Part shown: positions 10,163 through 19,804 of the stretch, piece by piece | Position numbering within the stretch: the first letter of the stretch is position 1 | Layout: each line of letters starts with the position of its first letter | Assembly (NCBI GenBank): GCA_902628565.1 | Contig: CACONR010000002.1 | Location: 13,732 to 77,731 of the forward strand | Length of the DNA stretch: 64,000 bases | Direction of reading: 5' to 3' | Origin: an uncultured Pelagibacteraceae bacterium | GTDB lineage: Bacteria; Pseudomonadota; Alphaproteobacteria; Pelagibacterales; Pelagibacteraceae | Notes under the pieces: generated by a model | The model's database searches: none | Told to the model about the DNA's origin: nothing | The model's input: the letters and a program-made list of their open reading frames with translations, nothing else | Position numbers and translations under genes: made by a program

Positions 10163-10700
10163 CGTCCTTGCTTAAAATAAAACTCTCATCTTTAAAAACT
10201 TTTGAAATTTTTTTTCTTAATCTATAAATATGTGTTTCGACAGTATGTGTCTCTAACTGAGATTGATATCCCCAAACATTTGATTGTAATTCTTGAATTT
10301 TTACGGGTTTTTTGGATTTTGATAAGTATATTATTGAACTTATTTCTTTTTCTGTAAGTTTAAGTTTATTATCAGTTGAAGACATTTCACGTGAATTTAT
10401 ATTAAATATATAACTTCCTATTAAAATCTCAGATTGTTCATGAAAATTTTTTTTTATAAATTCAATATTAATTTTTTCTAATATTTTAAATATTGAAACA
10501 GGAAATTTGTTGAAAATTATTTGATTATCTAATCCTGGTATTTCATTTTTCGTTAATATTAAACACTTTGAATTAGGGTTTAACTTTAACAATTCGTGTT
10601 TATTAATTTTCTCAAAATTAAAATTTATATCTTTTTTAATTTCTTCAAAAATCTTATATAATTCATCAAGTTCATAAATAACAAGATTATGAGTATTCAT
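10134..10700 (-). CDS. OmpR-type winged-helix regulator, CenR-like, with degenerate receiver domain
   Basis: LTEKE...VWGY...THTVETHIYRLRKKI C-terminus; located beside the L,D-transpeptidase/yggS/leuS genes. Confidence 0.75.
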   Translation of the reverse strand: MNTHNLVIYELDELYKIFEEIKKDINFNFEKINKHELLKLNPNSKCLILTKNEIPGLDNQIIFNKFPVSIFKILEKINIEFIKKNFHEQSEILIGSYIFNINSREMSSTDNKLKLTEKEISSIIYLSKSKKPVKIQELQSNVWGYQSQLETHTVETHIYRLRKKISKVFKDESFILSKDDGYEVDKKK

Positions 10701-10713
10701 ATAAGAAGATAAT

Positions 10714-11208
10714 ATGATAATTTATATTAAAAATAAACATTCACTTAAAATTGATGATTTTTATTTCAAGTGTAGCATTGGTAAAAATGGATTAAGTAAA
10801 AACAAAAGAGAGGGTGATAAAAAAACACCAATTGGTTGTTTTTGTATTGAAAAATTATATTACAGATCAGATAGGATTAAAAAACCTATAACCAAATTAA
10901 AATGTATTAAAATTGAGAAAAAAATGGGTTGGTGTGATGATCCATTAGATCAAAAAAATTATAATAAGTTAATTAACTTAGAAAAGAAAATTAAATGTGA
11001 AAAACTTTACCGACAAGATCATAAATATGATTTGATGATACCAATAAAGTATAATTATTTAAGACCTATCAAATTTAAAGGAAGTTGTATTTTTATACAC
11101 GTAACAAATGATTATAAACCAACCGCAGGATGTATAGCACTACAAAAAAAAGATTTTTTAATAATGTTAAAATTATTAAATAAAAAAACAAAAATTCAAA
11201 TAAACTAA
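10714..11208 (+). CDS. L,D-transpeptidase (YkuD) family protein
   Basis: KREGDKKTPIG, GWCDDP, GSCIFIH...PTAGCIAL (catalytic His/Cys). Confidence 0.85.
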   Translation: MIIYIKNKHSLKIDDFYFKCSIGKNGLSKNKREGDKKTPIGCFCIEKLYYRSDRIKKPITKLKCIKIEKKMGWCDDPLDQKNYNKLINLEKKIKCEKLYRQDHKYDLMIPIKYNYLRPIKFKGSCIFIHVTNDYKPTAGCIALQKKDFLIMLKLLNKKTKIQIN

Positions 11209-11864
11209 CTTCTTGGTCCAAAAATATTAGATCCTATCCTGACATAAGTAGCAGAATTTTTTATAGCATCTAGATAATCTGAAGACATTCCCATACTAAG
11301 TTCATTAAAATTTAGATTTGTATTTAAAATATTCATCTCCTTAAAAAAGATATCTGACGATTTTTCTAAGGGCGGAATGCACATTAAGCCAACCACATCT
11401 AGATCAAGAGTTTTACAATACGAGTATAGATGAGTCACTGATGATTTGCTTACTCCGTTTTTTTGCTGTTCATCTCCAATATTTACCTGAATAAAAATTT
11501 TTACTTTTTTTTTTTGTTTTTGTTGTTCTTCTGATATTTTTTTAGCAAGCTTTTCGCTGTCGACTGAATGAATAAAATCAAATATTTTTACTGCTAATTT
11601 TACTTTATTTGTTTGTAACTTACCTATTAGATGTAATTTTAGGTTCTTATTATTTGTCTTAACATCACTCCACTTTTCAATTGCCTCTTGAACTTTATTT
11701 TCACCAAAATCCAAATGGCCGTATTCTATTAAGGGTGAAATTTTATCCATTCCAAAAGTCTTTGATACTGCGATAATTTTTGGTACTTTACTAATTTTAA
11801 GGGTATCTAAAATTAAATTAATTTTTTTTTGGATATCTAATAAATTTTGAATAGTTTTATGCAT
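11205..11864 (-). CDS. yggS: PLP homeostasis protein YggS
   Basis: IAVSK, FGENKVQE, HLIGKLQTNK, GLMCIP, LSMGMSSD, VRIGS motifs. Confidence 0.96.
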   Translation of the reverse strand: MHKTIQNLLDIQKKINLILDTLKISKVPKIIAVSKTFGMDKISPLIEYGHLDFGENKVQEAIEKWSDVKTNNKNLKLHLIGKLQTNKVKLAVKIFDFIHSVDSEKLAKKISEEQQKQKKKVKIFIQVNIGDEQQKNGVSKSSVTHLYSYCKTLDLDVVGLMCIPPLEKSSDIFFKEMNILNTNLNFNELSMGMSSDYLDAIKNSATYVRIGSNIFGPRS

Positions 11865-12422
11865 TATAATTTACTAAAAAAATATTACTTTATAAATTCT
11901 TTTGATACAAATGTTATCAATAGACAAGATAAAACAACTTCATTTATTTACAGAGATTACAGCTCTTCAAAATTTGATATTACTAAAATTTTAAAAATAA
12001 AAACTTATCTTAAAAAAAGAGGTAATAAATTTTTATTGGCAAATAATTTCAAAATGGCTCTAAAATTAAAATTAGATGGTGTTTATTTACCATCTTTTTA
12101 TAAAAAATTTAATCATTTAAACTATTTAACCTACTCAAATTTTATTGTTTTAGGATCTGCACATAATTTAAAGGAGATAAGAATAAAAGAACTTCAAAAA
12201 GTTCAAGGTATATTTATTTCATCAATATTTAAAAAAAATGATAATTTTCTTGGAATAAATAAATTTAAAATAATTTCGGGGTACACAAGAAAAAAAATAA
12301 TTGCCTTAGGTGGAATATCAAAAAAGAATATTAGGATGCTTAATTTATTAAATATCTCTGGTTTCGCGGGAATTTCATATTTTGATCAAAAAAAAAGGCC
12401 CCTAAAAAGGGGCCCTTTTTAA
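11859..12422 (+). CDS. Thiamine-phosphate synthase/TenI-like TIM-barrel protein (divergent)
   Basis: DGVYLP, GSAHN, SSIF, IALGGI motifs; I prefer the ATG at 11859 over the TTG at 11847. Confidence 0.7.
   Translation: MHYNLLKKYYFINSFDTNVINRQDKTTSFIYRDYSSSKFDITKILKIKTYLKKRGNKFLLANNFKMALKLKLDGVYLPSFYKKFNHLNYLTYSNFIVLGSAHNLKEIRIKELQKVQGIFISSIFKKNDNFLGINKFKIISGYTRKKIIALGGISKKNIRMLNLLNISGFAGISYFDQKKRPLKRGPF
12388..12420. terminator. Bidirectional intrinsic terminator
   Basis: A-tract, GGCCCCT-AAAA-AGGGGCC hairpin, T-tract; lies between the convergent thiE-like and porin genes. Confidence 0.85.
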
Positions 12423-12440
12423 ATTTGTTTTCTAAATTAA

Positions 12441-13394
12441 TTAGAATGCAAATGATAGACCAAACTCGTAACCTTCAAAATCATTTGAACCAGTTCCGCC
12501 CATGTTATCAACTTCGTTCATAGCTCCACCAAGTGTAATTCCACCTTGTGTGTATGAGAAAGAAACACCAGTTGATTTTTGATCACCATCACCTGCAGTT
12601 TCAGTTTCTAACTCATGGTAGCTGTAACCAATTGATAAGTCATCATTTACTGCATATGTAATACCATAAGCAATTGACTCTTGATCAGAGTTAGCAGTTG
12701 TGTCATCCATATCAGACGACTGAACACCTACTGTGAAACCACCTGTTGCATATGTTGCATACAATGTAGTTTCTTCTTGGTCTCTGTTAAGTGCAACTGT
12801 GTTGTCAGAACTTGCAAATCCAAGAGTTAATCCTTCTAGCATTTCTGGTGATACTGCAACTGCAAAGTCCATATATGACTCTGCTGCATCACTTACGTGA
12901 TTTACGTAAGCAGCTGTTACTGTTACACCACTTACTGATGGAGAAGTGTAGATAAACATATCGTCTGTTCCACCACCATTAATTACTAGAGGTGTACCAC
13001 CTGTTGTAGCACCATTTGTATCGATGATATCCCATGCTTCTTCGTAAGCATTTGGAGTTTTGTCATCAACAGCACCGAATGCAGATGAACCACCATGACC
13101 ATCGAACGTTAATGTTCCAAAGTCACCAGTTAGTTTCATGTTATGATCGTCAAGTGCACCATCATCAATTTCATAGTACAACGAAACGCCAATTCCATTA
13201 TCTGTTTCACCAGATGCGTTAAACTTAAGACTATCACCCATGTAGAAGCCGTTACCTCTATCACCAAATCCTCTGTTACTATCGTCGAAAGTTAATCCAG
13301 CCGAACCACTTACTGACATGTCAGCAGCGTTAACAGAAAAAGTCGCTAGAGAACCAGCTAAAGCTGACAATCCGATTTTTCTTAAATTGTTCAT
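12441..13394 (-). CDS. Major outer-membrane porin
   Basis: Signal peptide MNNLRKIGLSALAGSLATFSVNA; alternating beta-strand pattern; C-terminal GLSFAF; AAAGGAG RBS before the ATG at 13394; codon usage of a highly expressed gene. Confidence 0.9.
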   Translation of the reverse strand: MNNLRKIGLSALAGSLATFSVNAADMSVSGSAGLTFDDSNRGFGDRGNGFYMGDSLKFNASGETDNGIGVSLYYEIDDGALDDHNMKLTGDFGTLTFDGHGGSSAFGAVDDKTPNAYEEAWDIIDTNGATTGGTPLVINGGGTDDMFIYTSPSVSGVTVTAAYVNHVSDAAESYMDFAVAVSPEMLEGLTLGFASSDNTVALNRDQEETTLYATYATGGFTVGVQSSDMDDTTANSDQESIAYGITYAVNDDLSIGYSYHELETETAGDGDQKSTGVSFSYTQGGITLGGAMNEVDNMGGTGSNDFEGYEFGLSFAF

Positions 13395-13504
13395 ATTAAT
13401 TACTCCTTTAGTTTGTTTGATTATTAATAATAAACACTTGCAAATTAGCATTTCTGGCTCAAAAAACGTGATTAATACTCGGTTTTAATAAATTATTTGA
13501 AAGT

Positions 13505-13522
13505 TGTTGCATTTATGCAACA
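13505..13522. promoter_or_regulatory. Perfect inverted repeat, putative transcription-factor operator
   Basis: TGTTGCAT-TT-ATGCAACA in the porin/lipoprotein divergent spacer. Confidence 0.6.
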
Positions 13523-13596
13523 CTTCTATGTTCAATTTTTTCATTAATTAATGATTTAGAGTGTATTAATTCTAGTTTCATTTTAAAAACTCATAG

Positions 13597-14169
13597 ATGT
13601 ACAAAATACTAAAAAATAAATTACTCATCACAATTATCTTTATTATTTTCTCATTAACCTCCTGTGCAAAAGAAGGTTTTTTCAAAACTGGAGATGCAAG
13701 AAAAAATCCCCCTGATCCTAAATTAAGAGTCAAAAAGAATTTAGAGGAAGGAAAAGGCTTTCGTTTAAGTAACGCTATGAAAGGAAATAAAGGTACCAAT
13801 TTTGAATTTGCAAGTTCAAATGAGTTGTGGAGAGCCTCCCTTGATGTTTTAGATTTCATGCCACTAACATCTGCAAATTATAGTGGTGGAGTTATAATAA
13901 CTGATTGGTATTCAGAACAAGGTAATGCTGAGGAGTCTATTAAGATAACAATAAGATTTTTAAGTAATGAAATTAGATCAGACGCTATAGACGTTGATAT
14001 CTTTTATAAAAAGTGCATTACAACAAACAATTGTAAAATAAATAAACAAGACGGCCAATTGAAAAAAGAAATAACAAGACAAATACTTGCAAAAGCTACT
14101 ATTTATAAAAAACAATCTAAAGATAAAAATTTTCAACCCTACAATAATCAATCTTCCTCGAAAGACTGA
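13597..14169 (+). CDS. DUF3576-like outer-membrane lipoprotein
   Basis: Lipobox LTSC; LWRASLDVLDFMPL...GGVIITDWY motif; upstream of leuS. Confidence 0.85.
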   Translation: MYKILKNKLLITIIFIIFSLTSCAKEGFFKTGDARKNPPDPKLRVKKNLEEGKGFRLSNAMKGNKGTNFEFASSNELWRASLDVLDFMPLTSANYSGGVIITDWYSEQGNAEESIKITIRFLSNEIRSDAIDVDIFYKKCITTNNCKINKQDGQLKKEITRQILAKATIYKKQSKDKNFQPYNNQSSSKD

Positions 14170-14195
14170 TTATTATATTGTCAAGTTGAATATTT

Positions 14196-16730
14196 ATGAA
14201 CAGATACAACTTTAAATCCATTGAAAAAAAATGGCAAAGTTTTTGGGAAAAAAATAAAAGTTTTCGAGTAAAAACTGATCCTTCAAAAAAGAAATTTTAT
14301 TGTCTTGAAATGTTCCCTTATCCTTCAGGCAAAATTCATATGGGTCATGTTAGAAATTATACCATAGGTGATGTATTGGCACGTTATAAATCTCTTCAAG
14401 GCTATAATGTCTTACATCCAATGGGATGGGATTCTTTTGGAATGCCGGCCGAAAATGCTGCTAGACAGAATAATCTTGACCCAAAAACTTGGACGGAAAC
14501 GAACATCAAAAATATGAAATTACAATTAAAAAAACTTGGCCTTTCAATTGATTGGGATAGAGAGATATCTACCTGCGATAAGAATTATTACAAACATCAA
14601 CAAGAATTCTTTTTAGAATTATTTAAAAAAGGACTTGTTTATCGAAAAGAAAACTATGTGAATTGGGACCCTGTAGATGAAACGGTTCTTGCAAACGAGC
14701 AAGTAATTGATGGTAAGGGTTGGCGATCAGGCGCTCCTGTGGAAAGAAAAAAATTAAGTCAATGGTTTTTTAATATTTCAAAATTTTCTCAAGAATTATT
14801 AGATGGTCTTGATCAGTTAGAGTCATGGCCTAAAAAGGTAAAAATAATGCAAAAAAATTGGATAGGTAAATCTTTTGGGTGCGAAATTGATTTTAAAATT
14901 GAGGGTGAATTACCCATAAAAAAAGTAAAATGTTTTACCACCAGACCTGACACTCTTTTTGGTTTTTCATTTTTAGCATTATCTGTTGACCATGAAATTT
15001 CTAAGTTTTATCAAAATAATAAAGACTTTATAAAATTTAAAGAAGAGTGTTCGAAAACTGGCACCACTGAGGAAGCTATTGCAGTAGGAGAAAAAATTGG
15101 TTTCAAAACCAATTTGAAAGCTATTAATCCATTAAACCCACAGCAAACAGTTCCGGTGTATTTTGCAAATTTTGTTTTAATGGATTATGGATTTGGTGCT
15201 GTATTCGGGTGTCCAGCACATGATCAAAGAGATTTTGATTTTGCAAAAAAATATAATCTAGATATTAAGACAGTTGTTCGTCCAAATGATCAAGATGAAA
15301 ATTTTAAAGTTGATCAAGAGGCATACCCTGGACCAGGAATATTAATTAATTCTGATTTTCTAAATGGACTTGAAGCACCAGAAAATTCTATCGTTGAGAC
15401 AATTAAAATTTTAGAGAAAAAAAAATTAGGTAAGAAACAAATAAATTTTAGACTTAAAGATTGGGGTGTATCAAGGCAAAGATATTGGGGATGTCCAATT
15501 CCGATAGCATATGATGAGAATAATAATGCGCACCCAATACCAAAAACAAACCTACCTGTAGAACTTCCTGAAAATATAGACATTAACGTTAAAGGTAATC
15601 CACTTGATAATCAAAAAGATTGGAAAAAAATAACTTTAAATGGAAAAGAATTATCGAGAGAAACTGATACTTTAGATACTTTTGTTTGTTCATCATGGTA
15701 CTACCTAAGATTTTGTTCACCAAAAGAAACTGGGTATGGATTTAAAAAAGAAGATATTGATTACTGGATGCCAGTAGATCAATATATCGGTGGTGTAGAA
15801 CATGCGATTTTACATTTACTTTACTCAAGATTTTTCATGCAAGCTTTGTCATATGAAAATGATAATTTTAATATAGCTGAACCTTTCAATGGACTATTTA
15901 CTCAAGGAATGGTTTGTCATGAAACTTACAAAGACCCTGACAATAACTGGGTGAGTCCTGATGAAATTGAAAATATAAGTGGTAAAAAATATCTTAAAAA
16001 AGATAAATCAAAACTTATTTCGGTTGGGCCCTCAGAGTCGATGTCCAAATCAAAAAAAAATACAATAGATCCGGAAGACATAATTTCTAATTATGGAGCT
16101 GACTCTGCAAGATTATTTATTTTATCTGATAGTCCTCCCGAAAAAGATGTTCAATGGTCTGAAGAAGGAATAATCTCATCATTTAAGTTCATTCAAAAAC
16201 TTTGGAATTTAAATGAAAAAGTAATTAATGAAATGAACAAAAAACATAGTAGTGATTTTGATGACGAGATAAACAAATATACTAATAAATATTTAAAAAA
16301 AGTTCACGATAATTTAGAAAGTTTTAGTTATAATAAAATTGTAGCAAATTTATATGAAATGTACTCTTTCTTGAATAAACAAATTGAGAAACAATATACA
16401 AAAAATACAATTCTTGAAAATTACAGGAAAATATTAATTACAATGACTCCTATTCTTCCCCATTTTGCAAATGAATGTTTAAGTATTATCGAAACAAAAA
16501 ATTTCTGTTGGCCCGATTATAATAAATCAATGTTAAAAGAGGATATAGTCAATATTGTAGTTCAAATTAATGGAAAAAAAAGAGCATTAATTCAAACAGA
16601 ACCAAATATAATTGAGGAAAAACTCTTTGAAATTGTAAAAAATGATGAGAAAATAAGTAAATATTTACATCAGAAAAATGTAAAAAGAAAAATTTATATT
16701 AAAGATAAACTTTTAAATATAATTGTTTAA
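14196..16730 (+). CDS. leuS: Leucine--tRNA ligase
   Basis: MFPYPSG, HMGH, TTRPDT editing motif, SMSKS. Confidence 0.99.
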   Translation: MNRYNFKSIEKKWQSFWEKNKSFRVKTDPSKKKFYCLEMFPYPSGKIHMGHVRNYTIGDVLARYKSLQGYNVLHPMGWDSFGMPAENAARQNNLDPKTWTETNIKNMKLQLKKLGLSIDWDREISTCDKNYYKHQQEFFLELFKKGLVYRKENYVNWDPVDETVLANEQVIDGKGWRSGAPVERKKLSQWFFNISKFSQELLDGLDQLESWPKKVKIMQKNWIGKSFGCEIDFKIEGELPIKKVKCFTTRPDTLFGFSFLALSVDHEISKFYQNNKDFIKFKEECSKTGTTEEAIAVGEKIGFKTNLKAINPLNPQQTVPVYFANFVLMDYGFGAVFGCPAHDQRDFDFAKKYNLDIKTVVRPNDQDENFKVDQEAYPGPGILINSDFLNGLEAPENSIVETIKILEKKKLGKKQINFRLKDWGVSRQRYWGCPIPIAYDENNNAHPIPKTNLPVELPENIDINVKGNPLDNQKDWKKITLNGKELSRETDTLDTFVCSSWYYLRFCSPKETGYGFKKEDIDYWMPVDQYIGGVEHAILHLLYSRFFMQALSYENDNFNIAEPFNGLFTQGMVCHETYKDPDNNWVSPDEIENISGKKYLKKDKSKLISVGPSESMSKSKKNTIDPEDIISNYGADSARLFILSDSPPEKDVQWSEEGIISSFKFIQKLWNLNEKVINEMNKKHSSDFDDEINKYTNKYLKKVHDNLESFSYNKIVANLYEMYSFLNKQIEKQYTKNTILENYRKILITMTPILPHFANECLSIIETKNFCWPDYNKSMLKEDIVNIVVQINGKKRALIQTEPNIIEEKLFEIVKNDEKISKYLHQKNVKRKIYIKDKLLNIIV

Positions 16731-17189
16731 ATGCTTAGAAAAATACTGCTTATAACCTTTTTATTAAACTTTTTAAGTCATTGTGACTACAAACCAATTT
16801 ATTCAAAACAAAATAATATAAATTACAAAATTAGCATTAGCAGTTATACTGGTGATAAAGATATCAATAATGCAGTAGCTGCAAATTTACAGCACAAAAG
16901 TAAAAATCAATCCAAAGATATAATTAATATTAGTTATGATACAAAGTATACAAAAATCATTTTAGCTAAAAATACAGCAGGCACAATTACTGATTATCAA
17001 ATCGACGTTGTGACAACTTTTTCTATACAAAAAGAAAAAGATTCTGAAAATTTTATAGTAAACGAGAAATTTAATTTCCAAAAAATGACTGATAAATATG
17101 AAGAAAAAAATTATGAACGTAATATTAAGAGAAACATTGCGAACTCAATATCACAAAAGCTAATTCTTAGATTGGCAGTAATGGAATGA
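16731..17189 (+). CDS. LptE-like LPS-assembly lipoprotein
   Basis: Lipobox LSHC followed by YKPIY; occupies the conserved leuS-lptE-holA position. Confidence 0.7.
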   Translation: MLRKILLITFLLNFLSHCDYKPIYSKQNNINYKISISSYTGDKDINNAVAANLQHKSKNQSKDIINISYDTKYTKIILAKNTAGTITDYQIDVVTTFSIQKEKDSENFIVNEKFNFQKMTDKYEEKNYERNIKRNIANSISQKLILRLAVME

Positions 17190-18178
17190 TATTAAAGACA
17201 TTTGAACTTAGAAAAATCTCAAATAATACAATTTTTTATTTACTATATGGCAAAAACGAGGGTTTAAAAACTGAATGTATTAATAAAATAATAAATAAAA
17301 ATAATGGAAAAATTTTTAATTACGACGAGAAACAAATTAAAGAGCAACTTGAACCTTTTTATGAAAATATTTTATCTAACTCTTTATTTGAAGATGAAAA
17401 AATAATAATAATAAATAGAGGGTCAGATAAAATCTATGAAATAATTGCAGATTTAATTGATAGAAATCTAAATAATATAAAGATTATAATTAATGCAGGA
17501 ATTTTAGAAACAAAATCAAAACTAAGATCTTTATTCGAAAAAGGTCAAAATCTAGTTTGTATACCAACTTACCCTGATAATCATGTTACTCTCTCAAGGT
17601 TAACTTCAGATTTTTTTAAGAGTGAGAAAATTTCAGTTTCACAACAAAATATAAATTTAATTGTTGAGAAATGTAATGGTGATAGAAATAATTTATACAA
17701 TGAGCTTAGCAAAATTAAAAACTTCGCAATAAATAAAGAGAAAATATCCTCTCAAGAAATATTAAAATTAATTAATTTAAGTGAAAATTATGGATTATCA
17801 GAACTAATTGATAATTGTTTATCTAAAAACAAAAAAAAAATTATAAATATTCTTAATGAGAATAACTATAATACAGAAGACTGCATTATTATTCTCAGAA
17901 CTTTTTTATCTAAAGCCAAAAGAATTCTTAAACTTGCAAATCAACTTGAACTAAATAAAGATGTTAATAAAACAATAAATACTGCTAAACCACCAATTTT
18001 TTGGAAGGATAAAGATATCGTTAAAATTCAACTGAATAAATGGAAACCCAAGAAAATAAAAGAACTTATAAAAAGTATCAATAACATCGAACTTGAAATT
18101 AAAAAAAGCTATGGGAATTCAGTACTAATTATTACCAACTTTATTTTAGAAAAAGCTAGTTCAGATATTAATAATTAG
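17186..18178 (+). CDS. holA: DNA polymerase III delta subunit
   Basis: YLLYG, SLF, SKLRSLFE, PPIFWK motifs; synteny. Confidence 0.9.
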   Translation: MILKTFELRKISNNTIFYLLYGKNEGLKTECINKIINKNNGKIFNYDEKQIKEQLEPFYENILSNSLFEDEKIIIINRGSDKIYEIIADLIDRNLNNIKIIINAGILETKSKLRSLFEKGQNLVCIPTYPDNHVTLSRLTSDFFKSEKISVSQQNINLIVEKCNGDRNNLYNELSKIKNFAINKEKISSQEILKLINLSENYGLSELIDNCLSKNKKKIINILNENNYNTEDCIIILRTFLSKAKRILKLANQLELNKDVNKTINTAKPPIFWKDKDIVKIQLNKWKPKKIKELIKSINNIELEIKKSYGNSVLIITNFILEKASSDINN

Positions 18179-19007
18179 ACTTAATTATATCGATTATTTT
18201 GTTTAATTGTTCAATATCATGATAAACAAAAGTAATTGAACCTTTGTTTTTTTTGTTGTTTTTAATTAATACATTTAAACCTATCTTGTCAGAAATTGAT
18301 TTTTCAAGATTTTGGATATTTGGATCTGTAAATTTAACATAAGAACCTTTTTTCTTTTTAAAAATTTTAACAAAATTTTCTGATTGACGAACAGAGAGTT
18401 TTTTTTCAATAATCTTTTGTGCAACAAAACTTGCATTTTCAAGACCGACCAATATCTTAGCGTGACCAGGAGATAACTTTTTGGTTTCAATGTAAGTCAA
18501 CACATCACTTGGTAAAGTTAATATTCTTAAACAATTTGTAATGTAACTTCTGCTTTTACCAATGAATTTTGATACCTTTTCTTGATCATAAGAAAAATCA
18601 TTTATTAATCTTTGGTACCCTTGAGCTTCTTCTAGTGGGTTAAGGTCACTTCTTTGAACATTTTCAACAATTGCGAATTCTAGAGATTTTAAATCATCTG
18701 CTTCAGTGACAACGACTGGAACTTCATGTAGGCCAGCTCTTTGAGCTGCAAGCCAACGTCTTTCTCCGGCGATAATCTCATATTTTGAATTTTGATCAGA
18801 TTTTCGAACTATAATTGGTTGAATAATACCTCTTTCTTTTATTGATTTTTTAAGATCATCCAAACTATCCTCATCAAAAAATTTCCTAGGTTGAAATTTA
18901 TTTGGAAAAAGATCTCCGATTGATAATTTATTAGTATTTTTCTCAATCTTAGTTTCACCTATTAATGATGACAATCCTCTACCCAATCCCTTTTTAATTT
19001 TATTCAC
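18168..19007 (-). CDS. parB: Chromosome partitioning protein ParB
   Basis: GLGRGL, QPR, AGERRW, ENVQR, HTH; GTG start. Confidence 0.97.
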   Translation of the reverse strand: MNKIKKGLGRGLSSLIGETKIEKNTNKLSIGDLFPNKFQPRKFFDEDSLDDLKKSIKERGIIQPIIVRKSDQNSKYEIIAGERRWLAAQRAGLHEVPVVVTEADDLKSLEFAIVENVQRSDLNPLEEAQGYQRLINDFSYDQEKVSKFIGKSRSYITNCLRILTLPSDVLTYIETKKLSPGHAKILVGLENASFVAQKIIEKKLSVRQSENFVKIFKKKKGSYVKFTDPNIQNLEKSISDKIGLNVLIKNNKKNKGSITFVYHDIEQLNKIIDIIKSNY

Positions 19008-19804
19008 TAAGCTGCACTTCCAATTTTATTTTCTTGATTAAGAAATTCATCTGTAAAACTATAATATGATTTACTGCCAGGACAATTTTTATCATAAATT
19101 AAAACTGGTACTCCATGAGATGGTGCTTCAGATAATCTTACGTTACGTGGAATTACTGTTTGATACACTTTTTCTTTAAAATAATTTCTTGCTTCTTGTT
19201 CAACTTGTGATGATAACTTATTTCTTCTATCATACATTGTTAAAAGTATCCCTTGGATTTCTAAACTAGGGTTCAAATTGATTTTTATGCGATCAATTGT
19301 TTTCATTAATTGAGTTAAACCCTCCAAAGCAAAAAATTCTGTCTGAAGTGGAACTAAAAGTGAGTTTGAGCACACAAGAGCCATCACAGTCAATAAACTA
19401 AGAGATGGTGGACAATCAATAAATATATAATCGTATGATCCTCCAGAATCATTTAAATACAATGCTAATTTAACCTTTAAAATAAAGGCCCGATCATTAT
19501 CCCCAGCTGTTTCGACCTCTAAACCAGACAAATCAACATTCGAAGTTATTAAGTCAAGATTATCAAATTTTGTTTTTTTTATTACTTCTGAAATAGACTT
19601 AGTTCCATTTAAAATACCATAAATCGTTTCATCAGATCTTTCCAAATTAGATAAGCCGAGACCAGTTGTTGCATTTCCTTGAGGATCTAAATCAATAACT
19701 AAAATTTTTTTTCCTTGCTGTGTTAAAGCAGAAGCGAGATTAATAACTGTTGTTGTTTTACCAACTCCACCCTTTTGATTTATTATTGAAATAATTTTTA
19801 CCAA
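19007..19804 (-). CDS. parA: Chromosome partitioning ATPase ParA/Soj
   Basis: NQKGGVGKTT, DLDPQGN, DCPPSL, RNVRLSEAPS motifs. Confidence 0.97.
   Translation of the reverse strand: MVKIISIINQKGGVGKTTTVINLASALTQQGKKILVIDLDPQGNATTGLGLSNLERSDETIYGILNGTKSISEVIKKTKFDNLDLITSNVDLSGLEVETAGDNDRAFILKVKLALYLNDSGGSYDYIFIDCPPSLSLLTVMALVCSNSLLVPLQTEFFALEGLTQLMKTIDRIKINLNPSLEIQGILLTMYDRRNKLSSQVEQEARNYFKEKVYQTVIPRNVRLSEAPSHGVPVLIYDKNCPGSKSYYSFTDEFLNQENKIGSAA

Noticed and set aside
10383-10398. Second parS-like sequence CATTTCACGTGAATTT
   Set aside because: Only 11/16 match to the consensus, with both outer arms broken; inside a CDS and probably chance
12441-13394. Higher GC of the porin (and of 49740-51554) as a sign of horizontal transfer
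   Set aside because: Explained by Gly/Ala/Thr-rich proteins and high-expression codon bias
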